Source: Centruroides vittatus (lineage: Eukaryota). Taken from it: a DNA stretch of 64,000 nt. The translations under genes were made by a program, and so were the position numbers. The notes beneath the pieces were generated by a model. That model was given only the letters and a program-made list of their open reading frames with translations, made no database searches and was not told the origin of the DNA. Location of the stretch: positions 1,802,938 through 1,866,937 of the forward strand of contig NW_027122681.1 in NCBI RefSeq assembly GCF_030686945.1, written 5' to 3'. Of the stretch, positions 59,796 through 64,000 are shown piece by piece (position 1 is the stretch's first letter; each line of letters begins with the position of its first letter).

Positions 59796-60354
59796 CCTCC
59801 TAGAATGTTATATTTATCTATATTTAGTTTATTTACAAAGCGATTAATGATGTTTAAACGTAACTTTTTGTAGTTTATAATAATAGTTAATTAATATTAT
59901 AGAAAGAAACTCTTACCTTTCTTATGCCGTGTCACTTCTCTCGAATTCAACAGTAAGTACAGACGATTACACCACTAATTGAAACCAACCAAAACATCGC
60001 TTAGCGCCATCTTGCGTAAAAAATACTACAATTTAAAAAATGTTTTTTTTTTTTTAATTTAAAAATTACATAGAATAATTTATCAATTCTAAGCAAATTT
60101 AAATCGTTCTTGAAATAATTTATTAAATCGAGCATATAACTGTCGAAAATGTCTTAATTTTTGAGTGATATTGGTTGGTTTATTTGTATACGGCAACGTG
60201 ACACGTGAGCGATCTGTCAAAGTTGGTACTACCTCTCGAGAGGATTTTCTATGGCATACCGAACCCTATATAGCAGTTGGCGTGCCGTGACATTTGATGA
60301 CAGGGAAGCTGTGTTTCTGTAAGAAGCCGACTTCCAGGGGCAATCAGTTAATTG

Positions 60355-61090
60355 TGCGTCAGTGATGGTCTAGGGCAGTGGTTCTTAACCTTTTTATATT
60401 CGGGGCCCACCAAATATTTCATAATTTTTTTGTGACCCCCATTTTTTAATAATAATTTATATTTGATAATTTGATAATTTATCTATAATAAATTGATTTT
60501 TTATTATTGCTTTATTTTTTATATAATAAATGTAAATCATAACTTTATTATTTCATTATCTATTTAAATAACATTCAAACTTCACAATTAAACATGAAAA
60601 CTCATTAATTTTTAACAGAAAATAAAATAAGAAACATGTCGATAAATCGATCCAATGTCGATGCTAAAACTAAACTAAAACTAAAACGCCCACTTGTCGT
60701 AAGGATTTTGCATAACTTTTGCAAAAATATTTAAATTTTCAAAGCCTACTATTTTTCCTAATTATTTTAAAATTCCAAGCATTAATAGTTTCTTAAAATT
60801 GCTTTGGAATAAAAGAAGTAAATACTGCGGTGTAAGTAGCATATTTACATTTATTTCTTCTGTACTAACAAAGTTGTATGTAGGAAGAAATACAAAATAA
60901 ATAAATAAAAACTAAATAGGAAAAGTTTATCTTTCTTATTTCACTTTTCAATACGATATTCGGATTATACATCAATTTTCTTTTTATTATATTCCGAAGG
61001 AAATTTTGCATAATTTGGCGGCCCCCGGCAAACTTCTTATGGACCCCCAGGGGCCGCGGCCCCCTGTTAAGAATCACTGGTCTAGGGTCC
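60355..61090. mobile_element. MITE-like non-autonomous DNA transposon (~735 bp) with ~70-bp terminal inverted repeats (ggtctagggcagtggttcttaacctttttatattcggggcccacc…)
   Basis: The left end at 60363-60430 is approximately the reverse complement of the right end at 61000-61086 (…ggcggcccccggcaaacttcttatggacccccaggggccgcggccccctgttaagaatcactggtctaggg). Confidence 0.55.
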
Positions 61091-62242
61091 ATTCGTATTC
61101 ATTTGTTCGATAAGCCAGTAAAAACTGTAGACTTCTCTAAATGTATTTTTAATATCACAATTACATTCTGAATCGCTAGCCACGATATAAGGGCTAAAAT
61201 TAAAAATAAATTATAAAAACTTACTCGGTGAAATAAAATGTGCGGTGGATATACATACCTGGTACAATGTATTGTTCGATTGTATTAATATACTTTTAAA
61301 GAAAATTATAATTAAAATATAGCTTTGTAAAGAAACGTACATAAAAATAACATAAAATAGTCTTTACTTTTTAAATCTTAAAACAATCCACTTAGTCAAA
61401 TATCTTGATACGAGTAGCTAATGGATGGAACTAGTGACGGTCCAGGTAGGTGTGTAGTGAGTGTGTGCGTGCCAAATCCCGAGGGTGCCGATACCGGTCA
61501 ATGTCAAATGCCTCTTTTGTCGCATCACTAGTATATCTCAAAGGACGCCACAGGGCTGTTGTAAATTTTAAACGTTTCTCACCGTAGCTGTAAAAATCTA
61601 ACTATGTTAAACTTAATAGTCATTCGTTTTCTAACTAATTCGTTTTAATACCAGGTGTACACAGAAATCAGTTTCCCACTGTACTGAGCGAGTGATTGGT
61701 TCTGTTAAGCTTTTGTTGAAGTAAAATTCTGGCTCTTTCAACAGGGTTTTATTTATGTCCCCATTCCCTAATCTCTTAATTATTTAGTCACTTCTTAAGT
61801 AGAAATAAGTCGAAACCAGTTACTTTGTACCTGAATATCTGTAGTCTTGGGAAAACAGTGGAAAGACAAATTTTTATGACAACGGATATATAAATCGTAA
61901 ATTTAAGGAAAATAAATTCTAGAGCTTTTTTTTGTACCATTGTATGTACTGTACGTCTCATTCATTAAATTTGGTTGTAAATGATGCTGCCAAAGTAACA
62001 GTTAATTTTTAACACTGTACTAGAATTGTACACGTTTTTTCTGCATCCCCTTACAGATGGGACATACTAAATCGTAATATCACCGGTTTAACATCGAAAT
62101 CCGTAAGTAATATAAGATGGGAGAGCGGAATAAACGCAGAATAAATATATCAAATATTTTAATGGAGTTTTTTTAAACTCCTGTCAACTATACAGAACTA
62201 TCATAAAAACGTGCCAGTAAACTCCTATCGGTTGGGTTGTTA

Positions 62243-62562
62243 TAAATCTAGTCTAGGGTGGGCAACCCTTTTTATAACATGGGCCAGAATAAATTTTACG
62301 TTTTTTTCCGCGCCGTAGTAGTTAATTGACGCCTTCTTGTGACTCGTAATTTTTTTAGTCTGCAAATATGAAATAAATAAATAAAAAGTTAATTACTACA
62401 TTTATTTCTCTTATCGTTTTCGAAAATTACAAAGAATTGGAAAAATAACTAATTAATAGTTATTTTTCCAATTTAATAATCTATTAAAGATCTCGCGGGC
62501 CGGATAGAAACTTTTCGCCAGCCGTAGCTGGCCCGCGGGTTGCCCGCCGTTGATCTAGTCTG
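62243..62562. mobile_element. Related MITE (~320 bp) with GGGCAACCC-type terminal inverted repeats (tctagtctagggtgggcaaccc … gggttgcccgccgttgatctagtctg)
   Basis: Terminal inverted repeats at 62243-62265 and 62537-62562. A third, solo end of the same type lies at 54543-54600 (cagggatgggcaacctttttctatgtaacggcc). Confidence 0.45.
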
Positions 62563-64000
62563 CTCATGATTCACATAATCGGGCGAGGGTGGCCGAATAT
62601 CTAGCAGGCGGCTAACAGCCCACAACCGCTCCGGGATATAAAGTCGCGTACTCTTTACGAGTGTGTCGCTTCTACCAGCTAAACCGGGTGAGGTTGGTGC
62701 ACTGTAAACCGCATGTGCTAATGCCTATATAATCTGGCTGATTGGAGACTGACCCGGTTTCGACATTCCTTCCGCCACCGAATTATTCGAATATACAATA
62801 GCAATCTTATCGTTTTTTTTCACATGTAGTATAGAAATTTGTAAAAGATACATAATGCAGTTATAATAAAATATTAATTTTAATTAATTCAAAGTACGTT
62901 AAAATATGAAAATTTATATTTTATAAAATTCAAGGGAAGGTCATTGGAAGGTGGAATCGGCGCTTCCATCGCTTCCAATGACGGCACGCCACTGCTATAT
63001 AGGTGTTACAAACCTGTGAATAAAACCTGGAAAACTCCAAGCGGTTTAGCCAATTGGCGAGGCACGAACACAGGACCAGTGTTCGGTGGTTTAATCCACT
63101 GTTGGGCACTCCACATAGATGTTTTCTCCCTCTTTTTATTCCTTAATAATCACTGGAAATGGATGAAAAACATTTCTGTAAAAATTAATTTTATATTCAG
63201 TGATTTAACAGGAAATTAAGTTTTGGTAGGGCTAACAAAAATTACAGAAATACTATTCTATTCTTTTAGAAGTAATAAGCCCCATAAGATGAATCTAAAA
63301 TAATGTTTTCAGTCTTTCTAACAAATAATAATTTGCTCTAGTAGAATATTTAATACTTTATTAAAATTTATGCCTATAATGTGCTATATGAAATATTAAT
63401 CGTATCACCATGATCGTTCTCAAATTAGAACAATACATTTTATGTTTCTGTTTTTACCTGAATAAAGCAATAGATTCAACACATTTATTGCTTCGTGTTT
63501 CAGTGTAATTGACAAAAAACTGCTTGAAAAAAATTGTACTTAAAAACATATGAAATTTCTGTCGGGTGTTCTTAGTCTGTGGAAAACATTATCTTTAGAA
63601 CTTGGATAAAATTTTCACACGTTAAGCCACAAAGCCACGTCAAGGCGACACCCATTTTGTGGTAGTTTTTTGATTTCCAGAAACTGACCCCGATTGCTCG
63701 ACAGAAAACAATCGGGGAAAAAAACTGGATATTCGTTGCTATTTGATTTATTCCGTAAACCAAAATAAACTACTAAAATTTAATTTTTATGTCATTTTCT
63801 TTAAACTTTCCGATTGAAAAATGCAAATTTTCAATACAAATCTTTAATTTAAAAATAAACATAGCAACGAATAATAGATTATCTTTAAAACATAAATAAC
63901 TATAAATTATAAATATAGAGAGGTTTCAAGGTCGCATGTCACGTGATAAAACACCGTTTGCTCCGCCCATTCGCCATTTTTGTGGTAGTTTTCGCTCGCT

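Noticed and set aside
62944-63219. ORF 62944..63219 (91 aa) as a candidate second exon for the right-arm promoter
   Set aside because: It is not in phase with the ATGGCGGTGCACAGTCG exon and has no acceptor. Its middle overlaps a repeat motif shared with 41625-41680.
1-64000. Prokaryotic defence system, operon or CRISPR array
   Set aside because: The sequence is unmistakably eukaryotic. It has spliced exons with GT-AG introns and polypyrimidine tracts, retrotransposons, LINEs and mariner remnants, no Shine-Dalgarno-led operon structure and no CRISPR repeat-spacer periodicity.

Overview
This is AT-rich eukaryotic DNA from an invertebrate-like metazoan genome; it is not prokaryotic and contains no operons or CRISPR arrays. 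Introns show GTAAGT donors and polypyrimidine-AG acceptors. Most of the window (about 4.1 to 51.9 kb, minus strand) is a single large host gene. Its spliced exons encode BRCT, PARP regulatory and PARP catalytic (H-Y-E triad intact), VIT and vWA (MIDAS DxSxS) domains, which is the vault-PARP/PARP4 domain architecture. Its introns are packed with transposable elements. These include:
- an intact 1840-aa gag-pol ORF (protease, RT, RNase H, integrase) that lacks recognisable direct LTRs and is instead embedded between two diverged inverted arms of about 1.7-2.3 kb;
- a young, internally deleted LTR element (near-identical 705-bp LTRs, TGG primer-binding site, polypurine tract, target-site duplication) inserted into a LINE reverse-transcriptase pseudogene;
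- mariner-like remnants, one of which is a palindromic head-to-head duplication;
- several MITE/foldback elements and a recurrent composite SINE/foldback repeat family (at least 7 copies);
- a tRNA-like Pol III unit sitting in the loop of a 60-bp inverted repeat.
Upstream of the gene, a CpG/E-box-rich promoter plus a tiny first coding exon (ATG GCG GTG CAC AGT CG followed by GTAAGT) lies inside a ~1.15-kb segment. That segment is duplicated in inverted orientation 4.9 kb away (51725-52880 versus 57780-58935), giving two outward-facing promoter/first-exon copies. No rRNA or bona fide tRNA genes were found.
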